DNA from: an uncultured Anaerolineae bacterium | GTDB taxonomy: Bacteria; Chloroflexota; Anaerolineae; Aggregatilineales; Phototrophicaceae | DNA: 64,000 bases | Direction of reading: 5' to 3' | Assembly (NCBI GenBank): GCA_938022205.1 | Contig: CALIEB010000016.1 | Location: 4,213-68,212 of the forward strand | Shown: in pieces, positions 26,341 to 36,806 of the stretch | How positions within the stretch are numbered: the stretch's first letter is position 1 | How the letters are laid out: every line of letters begins with the position of its first letter | Made by a program: the position numbers and the translations under genes | The notes under the pieces: generated by a model | What the model saw: the letters and a program-made list of their open reading frames with translations, nothing else | Database searches by the model: none | Told to the model about the DNA's origin: nothing

Positions 26341-28301
26341 ACGTTGACGAACACATGCGGCATGATGTCATCCAGCGCGGGTGGCAACGTGCCGTGATAC
26401 GTCATGGCCAGCAGCAGGCGCGCCCGCGTCATCGCTGTAAAGAGCCGCCGCCGCTTGTGGCTGAGTGCCTCGTCGTCCAGCGTTTCGTCAGGGTTGCCCA
26501 TGCTGCGGCACAAGAAGGGAATGACAACCGCCTGAAACTCCAGCCCCTTCATCTTCTCGAAGTTTTCCACGTACACGCCTTTTTGTCGCAGCCCCGCGAA
26601 GTGCTTGACGACGTTTCTGTTGGGACAAAGCACGGCAATCTGACTGTAGTCGATGCCGCGCCCGACCCACTCTTCAACGTAGTCGTGCGTGCGCGTGATA
26701 GTCTCAGCTTCGTTGTAACAGGGCGCAAGGTGCGGGACATCACCCGATAGAACAAACGGTGAGTCCATGTTGGGCGAGACAATCTCGTCCGCCAGCTGTT
26801 TCAGCACGCTGTCATGCTGAATAAGGCTGTACGCTAACTCGGTAATTTGCCGCGTGCAGCGATACGGCACAGTCAGCAGCTTGGTTCGACCGCGCACGGA
26901 AATGCCCTTTTCTTCCCATGAATACTGTCTAAAAATGCTCTGCGTGGGGTCGTCGCAAATGAACAGCGTGCCGTTAGGTTTCAGCACGTGCTTGATGGTC
27001 TGAATCCACACGGGCGCAAAGTCCTGCGCCTCGTCGATCAACACGACATCGTAATGGTGTTTGAACATGTGGTCGGTTTTTTCGAGCAAATGCAGGGCTT
27101 CGTTGACCACGTCCTCCCAATCGCGCCACGGCTGCCGCCTGAATGCTAGCTTGTTTTGGTAGTCACGATACGCATCCCACGTCGCGTTGACGACCATCCG
27201 TCCTTCGCGGTTGAGCCCTTTGCCGCGCCCTTTGCGCTCGGCGGTCAGATAGGCGACGTTGTCTGACAACCCTACGTCTTTGCGCCAGCCAATTTCCTCG
27301 TCAAGGAAGTCCACGCCCAACGCTTGGGCAGCGGAGTTTTTGCGCACGTATTCCTGCAAGAAAGTGTCGCGGCGGATAGGCGAATGCCACGCGATGCCGC
27401 TGGCTTTCAACACCTGCACGCACAGCTGATGAAACGTGCTAACTTCGACCTCTTGCGGCTCAATACGCGCCCGCAGCCGCTCGGCAAGATGTTTGTTAAA
27501 CGTGATGGCAAGCACGCGCAGCTCGGGATAGAACTCGGCAAGGTAGTGGGCGCGGTGAATTAACACAAGCGATTTGCCGCTGCCTGCTACGCCGCGCACG
27601 AGGCGCACGGTGCTGCTTTCGGCGGCTTCGACGGCTTCTTTGGTCAGCAGCTCTTGTGAGATAGAGAGAAAGCCGATGGGGCGTTTGTTTTGGTCGCGCA
27701 CGACCAGCTGGGGGTCAAGCACGCCGCGCAGGGTGTGCAGCACCGTATCATCCAGCAGATGGGTTGGCTTAAACCGCCACGGCAGGGCTTCGATGGCGGC
27801 TTTGAGCGTCTCGACGCTGCTAAAGGTTTGCCGCGACCAGACAATGCCTTGTGAGAAGATGCCTTGCTTCTCGAGGTAACTGACCTCGCTTTTGGGGATG
27901 TTGGGCAGCGCGACCACGTTCTGATAGGGGAAAACGAGGCGTTTCTTGCCTTCCCAAAGGTGCATCAGCTCCTCAAACTCTTGGAACTTGTTGGCGAGAG
28001 CGTGCGCATAGTTGAGCGACGTTTCCTCAGGGTTTTCCAACGTCAGCACGCCCTTGCTGGCGGTGCGCACGCGCAGCGTCTTTTGGTTGCTGCCCTCTAG
28101 AATCTCGAGGTAATCTTTGACCTCGATGACCAGCACGCCGTATCGCCGCGAAATCACGACGAAATCCGGACGCAGCGAGCCGCCCGGTGCGGGGACGCGC
28201 GGCTCGGTCGCCACGAAATACTCGTTTTTGGGCAGCTTGCGCAAGAGGTCGCCGATCATTTTTTCGCCCGGTGTGGGCTTGCGCGACATTCCCATAGACA
28301 C
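26337..28301 (-). CDS. NERD domain fused to UvrD-like superfamily-1 helicase
   Basis: N-terminal NERD pattern: GEKMIGDLLRKLP...LRPDFVVISRRYGVLVIEVKDY. Helicase motif I VAGSGKSL and motif II VLIDEAQDF are present. Later motifs are VPYRCTRQI, KGLEFQAVVIP and RRRLFTAMTRARLLLAMTY. The start is ambiguous among GTG 28301, ATG 28295 and ATG 28289. Confidence 0.8.
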   Translation of the reverse strand: MSMGMSRKPTPGEKMIGDLLRKLPKNEYFVATEPRVPAPGGSLRPDFVVISRRYGVLVIEVKDYLEILEGSNQKTLRVRTASKGVLTLENPEETSLNYAHALANKFQEFEELMHLWEGKKRLVFPYQNVVALPNIPKSEVSYLEKQGIFSQGIVWSRQTFSSVETLKAAIEALPWRFKPTHLLDDTVLHTLRGVLDPQLVVRDQNKRPIGFLSISQELLTKEAVEAAESSTVRLVRGVAGSGKSLVLIHRAHYLAEFYPELRVLAITFNKHLAERLRARIEPQEVEVSTFHQLCVQVLKASGIAWHSPIRRDTFLQEYVRKNSAAQALGVDFLDEEIGWRKDVGLSDNVAYLTAERKGRGKGLNREGRMVVNATWDAYRDYQNKLAFRRQPWRDWEDVVNEALHLLEKTDHMFKHHYDVVLIDEAQDFAPVWIQTIKHVLKPNGTLFICDDPTQSIFRQYSWEEKGISVRGRTKLLTVPYRCTRQITELAYSLIQHDSVLKQLADEIVSPNMDSPFVLSGDVPHLAPCYNEAETITRTHDYVEEWVGRGIDYSQIAVLCPNRNVVKHFAGLRQKGVYVENFEKMKGLEFQAVVIPFLCRSMGNPDETLDDEALSHKRRRLFTAMTRARLLLAMTYHGTLPPALDDIMPHVFVNV

Positions 28302-28393
28302 ACAAATCCTGTCATAAAAGTAAGCAACAGTCCAACGGCAATCTAGGCTGCGGTGTTAAGCGCAATAGCGTGACTTTATTTTAGCGTCTTTTC

Positions 28394-29584
28394 TCACTTA
28401 TGACACGCGCTTTCGCCGACGAACGCGGCGGGCGACCAGAAGGCGGGCGTGTTACCATCCGCCCAGCTAGGCAGCAGCGTGTGCGTGTTTGCCTCAAGGT
28501 CAACAATCGCCAGCGCGTAGGCGGTACGCGCCGCAACATAGCGTCCGTCGGGGCTAAAGCGTGGGAAGTCGGCGTGCGTGAGCGCGTGTTCGGGCAGGTA
28601 GGGCGCGCCGTCGATGTCAGCAATGCCGACGATGGGCGTGCGCCACAGGCGGTTGTCGCTTGTGCCTTGCCAGCGATACGCGCTAAAGATGAGCTGCGTG
28701 CCGTCGGGTGTCCACGCCGTGTCGAGCAACAGCGTGGTGGCGCGACTTAGCTGGGTGGGGATTGCGCCCTCTTGCGCGGCGATCATCCACAGCAAGTCGC
28801 TAAACGGCTGCGGGCTGTAGATGAAAGCGATGAGCGTGCCGTCGGGCGACCAACGCGGCGCGCTGACGCTGCCGGTGGCGAAGCCTGTCAGCGGAAAGCG
28901 TTCGCCAGTGGCAACGCGCACCAGCCACAGGCTCGCTTCGTTGAGCATGACCAGCGGTGCGGGCGTGGTGTTGGGTGGTGGCGGCACGGTGGGCGCGGCG
29001 GTGGCGAAGGGCGTTGCGCCTGCCACGCGCTCTCGGTAGCTGACGTACGCCAGCGTGCTGCTGTCGGGCGACCAGCGTGGCGTGAACTCGCGCCCGGTGC
29101 GGCTAAGCACTGTCGGCGTACCACCTTGCGCTGGCACAACGGCGATGTGATGCGTGCGCCCGTTGGGCGTGTCGCGCCAGAATGTGAACGCCACTTGCTG
29201 CCCATCGGGCGCAGGCTGTGGGTCGTCTACGCCCCACGCGCTGTCAGGCAGCTCGTCGAAGGTGACGAGCGCGCGCAGGTCGTCACCATCTAGCTTGGCG
29301 GTGTAGAGCTTGTCGTCAAGCGTCAGCAGCACGCGGCAGCCGTCCGCCACAAATCCCCAAGCGCGCTGTATGCCCGCACCCCACTGCAAGCGGCGCAATG
29401 TGGCATAGCGCACGTCATAGAGCAGCACTGCGTCCTGTGCGGGGGTGCTAAGCGCGACGAGCGGCGCGCTCAGCGGCGGGTCTTGCGCTTGTGCTTGCGC
29501 CACCAATAGCAGCGCGCACAGCAGCAGCACGTGCCAGCGTTGCCAGCGCGTGAGCTTCTTGATGCCATTAGACGCGAACACCAT
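28394..29584 (-). CDS. Secreted PD40/TolB-like beta-propeller protein
   Basis: Signal peptide WHVLLLCALLLVAQAQAQ. Repeated (W/F)SPDG..(L/V)A(F/Y) units are present: RWSPDSSTLAYVSY, RWSPDGTLIAFIY, AWTPDGTQLIFSAY and RFSPDGRYVAART. Confidence 0.8.
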   Translation of the reverse strand: MVFASNGIKKLTRWQRWHVLLLCALLLVAQAQAQDPPLSAPLVALSTPAQDAVLLYDVRYATLRRLQWGAGIQRAWGFVADGCRVLLTLDDKLYTAKLDGDDLRALVTFDELPDSAWGVDDPQPAPDGQQVAFTFWRDTPNGRTHHIAVVPAQGGTPTVLSRTGREFTPRWSPDSSTLAYVSYRERVAGATPFATAAPTVPPPPNTTPAPLVMLNEASLWLVRVATGERFPLTGFATGSVSAPRWSPDGTLIAFIYSPQPFSDLLWMIAAQEGAIPTQLSRATTLLLDTAWTPDGTQLIFSAYRWQGTSDNRLWRTPIVGIADIDGAPYLPEHALTHADFPRFSPDGRYVAARTAYALAIVDLEANTHTLLPSWADGNTPAFWSPAAFVGESACHK

Positions 29585-29730
29585 GACGCAAACCTTCTAC
29601 ATACGTTGTGCTATAGCAAAAGGATAGCACGTTTATGCTGTCTGACAATGTAGGAGCTGGGCTTGCAAGAGAGCAACGGGGGCAGAGTCCCTCACCACCA
29701 ACGCGGTGAGGGACAAGATGAGGCATGAGG

Positions 29731-31128
<1,398 letters not shown>

Positions 31129-31209
31129 GCTAAATGCTCCTCATGCCATAGTGTTTGCTGTTGGCTTTAGTGTAGCGGAAGGCGGGCAAAAAGGCACGGG
31201 GGAGTGTGC

Positions 31210-32145
31210 TTAGCGCAGCTGCTGCAGGGTTTCGGCGAGGTCTTCGGGCAGCGGCGCGTCAAAGGTCAAGCGTTCGCCAGTAAAGGGGTGCGTAAAGGCA
31301 AGATGTGCCGCGTGCAGGAACTGCCGTTTGAGCGGTGTGCGCCCCTTGCGATAGCCATACACGCTGTCGCCGACAATCGGGCAGCCGATAAACGCCATAT
31401 GCACGCGGATTTGGTGCGTGCGCCCGGTGAACAAGGTCAGCTTGACCAACGCTTGCCCGCCCCTGAAGTCGACATCCAGCACCTCAAACGCCGTCTTGGC
31501 GGGCTTGCCGTTGGCTTGCACGCTCATGCGCTTGCGCTGGCGCGGGTCGCGTCCGATGGGCGCGTCAATCACGCCCTTCAGCGTCTTCGGCACGCGCTCC
31601 AACAGCGCAAGGTAGCCCTTGTCGACAGTGCGCTCTTCAAACTGGGTGGCAAGAGCTTGCTGCGCGTCGTGGGTGCGCGCCACGACCATCAAGCCGCTGG
31701 TGTCCTTGTCAAGGCGATGGACAATGCCCACGCGCAGCTCGTCCTCGCTGTCGTCGTCAAGGTCAAGCATGTCGTGTAGCTCGGGATAGCGCGCTAGCAG
31801 GGCGTTGACCAGCGTGCCGCTGGGCGTGCCGGCGGCGGGATGCACGACCAAGCCCGCCGGTTTGTTCAGCACGACAAGGTGCGCATCTTCGTAGACCACG
31901 TTTAGCGGGATGTCCTCCGCCGCTAGCATCCTGCTCGGCTCGGGCGGGACGAGGACGCGCACGCGCTCGCCGCCGCGCAGGCGTTCACCCGCCTTCATGT
32001 GCGCTTCGTCGACCGTGACCCGTTTGGTCTTGATAAGGGCTTGCAGCTGTGTGCGCGTGAGCTGCGGCAAGTGGGCGCAAAGCGTCGTGTCAAGGCGTTC
32101 GCCCACCACGTCGTTGACGAACTCATAGACGGTTTCTTCGGACAT
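31210..32145 (-). CDS. rluD: RluA/RluD-family 23S rRNA pseudouridine synthase
   Basis: An N-terminal S4-like domain (RLDTTLCAHL...) is present. The catalytic motif is HRLDKDTSGLMVVA and the C-terminal motif is GRTHQIRVH. Confidence 0.88.
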   Translation of the reverse strand: MSEETVYEFVNDVVGERLDTTLCAHLPQLTRTQLQALIKTKRVTVDEAHMKAGERLRGGERVRVLVPPEPSRMLAAEDIPLNVVYEDAHLVVLNKPAGLVVHPAAGTPSGTLVNALLARYPELHDMLDLDDDSEDELRVGIVHRLDKDTSGLMVVARTHDAQQALATQFEERTVDKGYLALLERVPKTLKGVIDAPIGRDPRQRKRMSVQANGKPAKTAFEVLDVDFRGGQALVKLTLFTGRTHQIRVHMAFIGCPIVGDSVYGYRKGRTPLKRQFLHAAHLAFTHPFTGERLTFDAPLPEDLAETLQQLR

Positions 32146-32335
32146 GGCTCACTTTCTTAGCGGTAGCATGCGTGGCGTTCATTGTAGCGGCACACGCCCG
32201 CGCTGGCAACCGCGCGGAGGCTTGCGTTTTTCAGCGCATTAGCCCTGTGCGCACATCTATTGCGCGGCGGATGACAATGCCTTATACTTTGGGCAAGCAA
32301 TGCTCTCTTCGTCCACATGAGTAGAAAGGTTTTAC

Positions 32336-33667
32336 TTGGACGACAGCAGTTTAGGCTTTACGTTGCTAGGACTTTTGGCAGTCAACATGTTCGTCACCAC
32401 CGCATACACTGCCTTGAACAACACGCGGGTCTCTCTTCTGAAAGAACACCATGAGGACGGCAGGTACTACGCCGGCTTCGCCCTCAAACTTCTGGATGCG
32501 CGCACACAACTTGCGGCAGCTTACGCCCTAAGCCACTTGCTTACCTACAGCCTTTTGCTCACGCTTTTGACGTTACAATGGCTTGCGCCGTTGGTGGCGG
32601 CGTATGGCGTGCTGGCGGGTGTCGGCGCGGCGGTGCTGGTGGCGGTGGCGATGCTCGTGCTAACCCAGCTTGCGCCCGAAGGCATTGCCAGCGTCCACGC
32701 GGAAATGCTCACGCGCTTCACGGTCGTGCCGTTCTCGGTTTGGGTGCGCTTGCTCAGCCCGCTGACGCTGGTTGCGTTGGCAATGAGCAAGGCGGTGGCG
32801 CGTCTGTTCGGCGGCGGCGAACTGGTCAACACGGTGACAGAAGAAGAGATCATGACGCTGGTCAACGCCGGCGAAATCGAAGACGGCGAGAAGGACATGA
32901 TTTACAGCGTGCTGCAGCTTGACCAGCGCGACGCACGCCAGCTCATGGTGCCGCGCATGGACATCGTGGCAATTGAGGCGACCAAGACGGTGGCGGATGC
33001 GTTAGATGTGTTCATCAAGAGCGGTTTTTCGCGCATTCCCGTGTACGAGGACAACATCGACAACATCGTCGGCTTGCTCTATGCCAAAGACTTTCTCGTG
33101 TATTTGCGCAGCGGCGGCGCGCAAACGCACCCCATCCACGACATGGTGCGCCCTGCGTTCTTTGTTCCCGAGACGCTAAGCGCGGACGAGTTGTTGCGCA
33201 CGCTGCAGGGACGCAACATCCACATGGCGATTGTCGTCGATGAATATGGCGGCACCGCCGGCTTAATCACCATCGAAAACCTCATCGAAGAGATTGTTGG
33301 CGACATCCGCGATGAGTTCGACCAAAACGAAGAGGTCGAGTACACCCAGTTGAGCGAGAACGAGTATTTGATGGACGCTTCGATGAACATCGCCGACATC
33401 AACGACCTGCTCGACCTTGACCTTGACGACGATGAGTACGACACGCTGGGCGGCTATATCTACACCGCGATGGGGCATGTGCCGCACGTTGACGAGACGC
33501 TTGAGACGGATGACTTTACGCTGACCGTACGCTCGGTGGAGGGGCGACGCATTCGCAAGGTGCATTTCGTGCGCAAGCAGCCCAGCCAAAGCGACCAAAC
33601 ACCCGCGCCTGATGATGACACGCCCATCAGCGACGAAAGTGCCAGCGAAAGCGAGAACAGCGCATGA
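32336..33667 (+). CDS. CNNM/CorC-type hemolysin-family protein (DUF21 + CBS pair + CorC_HlyC)
   Basis: A 4-TM DUF21 N-terminus is followed by a CBS pair ([11 protein letters not shown]...[20 protein letters not shown]..., [26 protein letters not shown]). The CorC C-terminal domain follows. The start is TTG 32336, because TM1 begins immediately, with GAAAGG upstream. Confidence 0.88.
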   Translation: MDDSSLGFTLLGLLAVNMFVTTAYTALNNTRVSLLKEHHEDGRYYAGFALKLLDARTQLAAAYALSHLLTYSLLLTLLTLQWLAPLVAAYGVLAGVGAAVLVAVAMLVLTQLAPEGIASVHAEMLTRFTVVPFSVWVRLLSPLTLVALAMSKAVARLFGGGELVNTVTEEEIMTLVNAGEIEDGEKDMIYSVLQLDQRDARQLMVPRMDIVAIEATKTVADALDVFIKSGFSRIPVYEDNIDNIVGLLYAKDFLVYLRSGGAQTHPIHDMVRPAFFVPETLSADELLRTLQGRNIHMAIVVDEYGGTAGLITIENLIEEIVGDIRDEFDQNEEVEYTQLSENEYLMDASMNIADINDLLDLDLDDDEYDTLGGYIYTAMGHVPHVDETLETDDFTLTVRSVEGRRIRKVHFVRKQPSQSDQTPAPDDDTPISDESASESENSA

Positions 33668-34056
33668 GCGCGTCGCTTGCCGACCTCATTCAGGCGGCGA
33701 TTGCAGCAAGCGCGCGCGCCTATTGTCCTTACAGCGGCTACCGTGTGGGCGCGGTCTTGCTGGCGACGGACGGACGGACGTTCACGGGCTGCAACGTGGA
33801 GAACGCTGCCTATCCTGCGGGCATTTGTGCCGAACGCGGCGCGCTGATGAAAGCCGTCAGCGAGGGCGCGCAGGCGTTTAACACGCTTGTGGTCGCCACG
33901 CAAAACGGAGGCTCACCCTGCGGCGTGTGTCGGCAAATGCTGTTTGAGTTTGCGCCGCGCCTGCGTGTGGTGTGCGTCACGCTAGCAGGCGACATCGTCA
34001 TCGACAGCACGCTAGACGCGCTGCTGCCGCGGGGCTTCGGGCGCGAGAGCTTGTAG
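33664..34056 (+). CDS. cdd: Cytidine deaminase
   Basis: 130 aa. Zinc motifs CAERGAL and PCGVCRQ are present. ATGA overlaps the upstream stop. Confidence 0.9.
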   Translation: MSASLADLIQAAIAASARAYCPYSGYRVGAVLLATDGRTFTGCNVENAAYPAGICAERGALMKAVSEGAQAFNTLVVATQNGGSPCGVCRQMLFEFAPRLRVVCVTLAGDIVIDSTLDALLPRGFGRESL

Positions 34057-34057
34057 A

Positions 34058-35449
34058 ATGCGCCGTGTCAGCGTGCTGCTGTTGCTGCTGCTAACGTGGA
34101 CGGTGCTGCTGGCTGCTGCCGTGTTGCCCACGCGCCGCCTTCACGGTGACGAAGCGTTCTTCTTGACGTTCGCACGGCGCGCTGCCGTTGGGGGCGATTG
34201 GTGGCTGACGGGCGCGCTGGACAAGCCACCGCTCACGCTGTACGCCAACGCGCTCGCGCTCAACTTTTTCGCCGTCGACACGCTGCCCAACGGCGTGCTA
34301 ACGCTCGACGCACATAAAGGCGAATTCGCAGGGCGGCTGTTTAGTGCGGCGTGCGCCATGCTTGGGCTGGCTGCGCTGTGGCGCGTCCTGCGCCAAGAGG
34401 GATGGTCGCCGCTTGCCGCTAGCATGGGATTGCTGCCTGTGCCGCTGCTGCCGCAGTGGCAGCTTTACGGCGCGTCGGCGTTCATGGACATGCCGATGCT
34501 GGCGTTTGCTTTGTGCGGCTGGCTGTGGGCGCGGCGCGGACGCGGCGCAGGCGCGGGCGTTTGGCTGGCGTTGGCACTATGGGCGAAGCCGCAAGGCGCG
34601 CTGTTCGCGCCGTTGGTGCTGGTTGCTGCGTGGCAGAGCGCGCCCCAACAAGCCTTGCGCGCTCTGCTCAGCGCGAGCGTGGGCGGGCTTACCCTGCTAG
34701 CATGGGACACGGCGCGGGCGGGCGCAAGCATCTTCATGCTCGGCGCAGCCAACAACTTGCTGCGCGCTGCCCCCATCCACAACGAAACCGCTTTTGTGCT
34801 TTGGCTCGTCAGCGTCCTGCTCGTCAGCTTGAGCCTGCTTGTGGGTGGGCGCGGCGTGTTGGTGGGGATATGGTGCGCGGGCTATCTTGCGCTGCACTTG
34901 TTCGGCGGCATCACCTTCTACGAACGCTACTTGCTGCCCGTGTGGGTGCTGTTGTGGGTGATGGGCTTGGGCGTGCTGGCGGCACTGTGGCGGCTGCGGC
35001 GCGCCAAGAAACGCTCGCCGCGTTGGCGTGCGCTGCGGCGCGTTCTGCGCGCTCAAGCGTGGGGTGTGCTGCTGTTGAGCTTCCTACTGCTGACACAAGG
35101 CTATCGGGGTGGGTTGACACAGCAGCAAGACTATAGCACCCGCGCCTTTGACCAGTTGGCGGACGCGCTCAACGCGCTGCCTGAAGCGACTGCTGTCTAC
35201 TATCATCAGTTGGGGTGGGAACTAAGCTACTACATGGGGCAATGGACAAACAAGCGGTTGACGCACTACGACACGTCCGCCGCCTTTTGGGCGGATTTTG
35301 TCGCGCTTGACGAAATCAGCCCACGAGCGGCGGTGGGCATACCGCGCTATTGGGTCTGGAACGAAGCGTTCGCGCCGCAAGGGTGGACAATCAGCGAGCG
35401 CAACGTGGCGGGCTTTGCCGTCTTCTTGTTCACATACGAGGGGAAGTGA
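34058..35449 (+). CDS. GT-C-fold membrane glycosyltransferase-like protein (paralogue 5, PMT_2/ArnT-like)
   Basis: 463 aa polytopic protein. The first loop HGDEAFFLTFARRAAVGGDWWL...LDKPPLTLY matches the DE...(K/H)PPL pattern of ArnT/PMT_2 enzymes. The start lies 1 nt after the cdd stop. Confidence 0.65.
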   Translation: MRRVSVLLLLLLTWTVLLAAAVLPTRRLHGDEAFFLTFARRAAVGGDWWLTGALDKPPLTLYANALALNFFAVDTLPNGVLTLDAHKGEFAGRLFSAACAMLGLAALWRVLRQEGWSPLAASMGLLPVPLLPQWQLYGASAFMDMPMLAFALCGWLWARRGRGAGAGVWLALALWAKPQGALFAPLVLVAAWQSAPQQALRALLSASVGGLTLLAWDTARAGASIFMLGAANNLLRAAPIHNETAFVLWLVSVLLVSLSLLVGGRGVLVGIWCAGYLALHLFGGITFYERYLLPVWVLLWVMGLGVLAALWRLRRAKKRSPRWRALRRVLRAQAWGVLLLSFLLLTQGYRGGLTQQQDYSTRAFDQLADALNALPEATAVYYHQLGWELSYYMGQWTNKRLTHYDTSAAFWADFVALDEISPRAAVGIPRYWVWNEAFAPQGWTISERNVAGFAVFLFTYEGK

Positions 35450-35474
35450 GACAGCGTGCTTCCCCTCGCGCAGC

Positions 35475-36245
35475 TTAAGGATTGTTGGGCAGTATGCCGC
35501 CGATGCGCGGGTCATAGGGTGGGCAGGTCTCGTCAATCACCAGCACATCGCCCGGTCGCAAGCGCGAAGGGCGTGCCAGCGCGTTGGCGCGCGCAAGGCA
35601 GGTTACGTCCACGTTGTAAAGCATGGCAATTAACACCAACACTTGGCGCGGCTGCACGACGTGCGTCTTCGCGCCTTCGGGGATGGCTAAACCGCCGCCT
35701 TGCCCTGCCGTGTCGTCGGTTGTGCCAGCCATCGCCAGCGCGGGATACGTCCCCCACGCTGGCACGTCCGCACCGCTAGGGATGGTCAAGCACTGGTTTA
35801 GTTTGAGACGGTCGGTCAGACGCAAGCCGTTCGCCATCGCCAGCGACATCGTGCTGATGTTGTTGGCAAAGGCAATGCTGTCGAGTGAGTCGTTGCGGCG
35901 CACGCGGTAACCGTCTGGGCAAGTGGTGTCAACGAACGTGACGACCGTGCGCGGCGTGGTAACCGTGCGCGCTCCGGTGTCGCGCGGGTCGTCGCCATAG
36001 CGCGGGCAGGACACCGAGATGGTCAGCTGTTGCCCGACGCGGATGAAGCTGTTCTTGAGGTTATTTTGTTCGGCGATGCAAGTGGGGCTTACGTCAAATG
36101 CCGCGCCAATGCCGTCTACGGTGTCGGCGGGACGCACGGTGTAGACCACGTCTTGGGTGATAGGCAGCGTGATGGTGCTTTGTGCCGCCACCACATAAGC
36201 CAGCCCGAGCGCGCAACCCAGCAAAAGCAAGATTCGTGTCATCAT
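35475..36245 (-). CDS. Secreted protein with three LysM domains
   Basis: Signal peptide MMTRILLLLGCALGLAYVVAAQS. Three LysM-like units are present: YTVRPADTVDGIGAAF...VGQQLTI, YRVRRNDSLDSIAFAN...LNQCLTIP and HVVQPRQVLVLIAMLY...PGDVLVI. Confidence 0.8.
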   Translation of the reverse strand: MMTRILLLLGCALGLAYVVAAQSTITLPITQDVVYTVRPADTVDGIGAAFDVSPTCIAEQNNLKNSFIRVGQQLTISVSCPRYGDDPRDTGARTVTTPRTVVTFVDTTCPDGYRVRRNDSLDSIAFANNISTMSLAMANGLRLTDRLKLNQCLTIPSGADVPAWGTYPALAMAGTTDDTAGQGGGLAIPEGAKTHVVQPRQVLVLIAMLYNVDVTCLARANALARPSRLRPGDVLVIDETCPPYDPRIGGILPNNP

Positions 36246-36386
36246 AATCGCCTCTCAATAAGATAAAGTGCGAAAAGTCCTGCTTCTATCATAGCGCATT
36301 TTTGCGCGCTTGCGCGGCGGGCGAGGCAAGACAGGGTAATCATTTGCCACTCGCAAGTGAAACCAGCAATCGCCTGCCGCATTTCT

Positions 36387-36806
36387 CTACAGCTTGTCGC
36401 GAGTTTGCAGGAAGAAGGCCTTGCGCAGGTTAGGCAGGGTGAAGTCGAAGCCACAGCGTTTGAAGAAGTCTTCCGACGCGCTGATAGCCATGACCTCGAA
36501 GATGTTGCGCTCGTATGCTAACGCTACGCACGCTTCAACCAGCCGCTTGCCCACGCCGCGCCCTTGTACTTTGGGCGACACGGCGAGGCTGCGCAGCTCC
36601 GCCAGCTTTTTGCTGTAAATTTCCAGCGCGGCACAGCCGACAATCTCGCCGTCTAACTCTGCCACAAAGAAGGTTTCCAGCAGCTCTTGCAGCTCGTCCA
36701 GCGTGCGCGGCAGCAGCTCGCCGGTGGCCACAAACATGCTGATGAAGTTGCTAAGTGCGGGGATGTCGTCTTGGCGTGCTTTGCGCACAATTACTTCCTG
36801 CGCCAT
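36387..36806 (-). CDS. GNAT-family N-acetyltransferase
   Basis: 139 aa. The acetyl-CoA binding motif is LAVSPKVQGRGVGKRLVE. The start overlaps the 3' end of the upstream GT-C gene by 16 nt. Confidence 0.8.
   Translation of the reverse strand: MAQEVIVRKARQDDIPALSNFISMFVATGELLPRTLDELQELLETFFVAELDGEIVGCAALEIYSKKLAELRSLAVSPKVQGRGVGKRLVEACVALAYERNIFEVMAISASEDFFKRCGFDFTLPNLRKAFFLQTRDKL

Noticed and set aside
32146-32335. 190-nt gap upstream of the CNNM/CorC gene, inspected for an M-box or other riboswitch
   Set aside because: It contains a small hairpin (CCGCGC-tggcaac-GCGCGG) and a T5 run 9 nt later. I saw no recognisable conserved riboswitch core. It is also the divergent promoter region for rluD.
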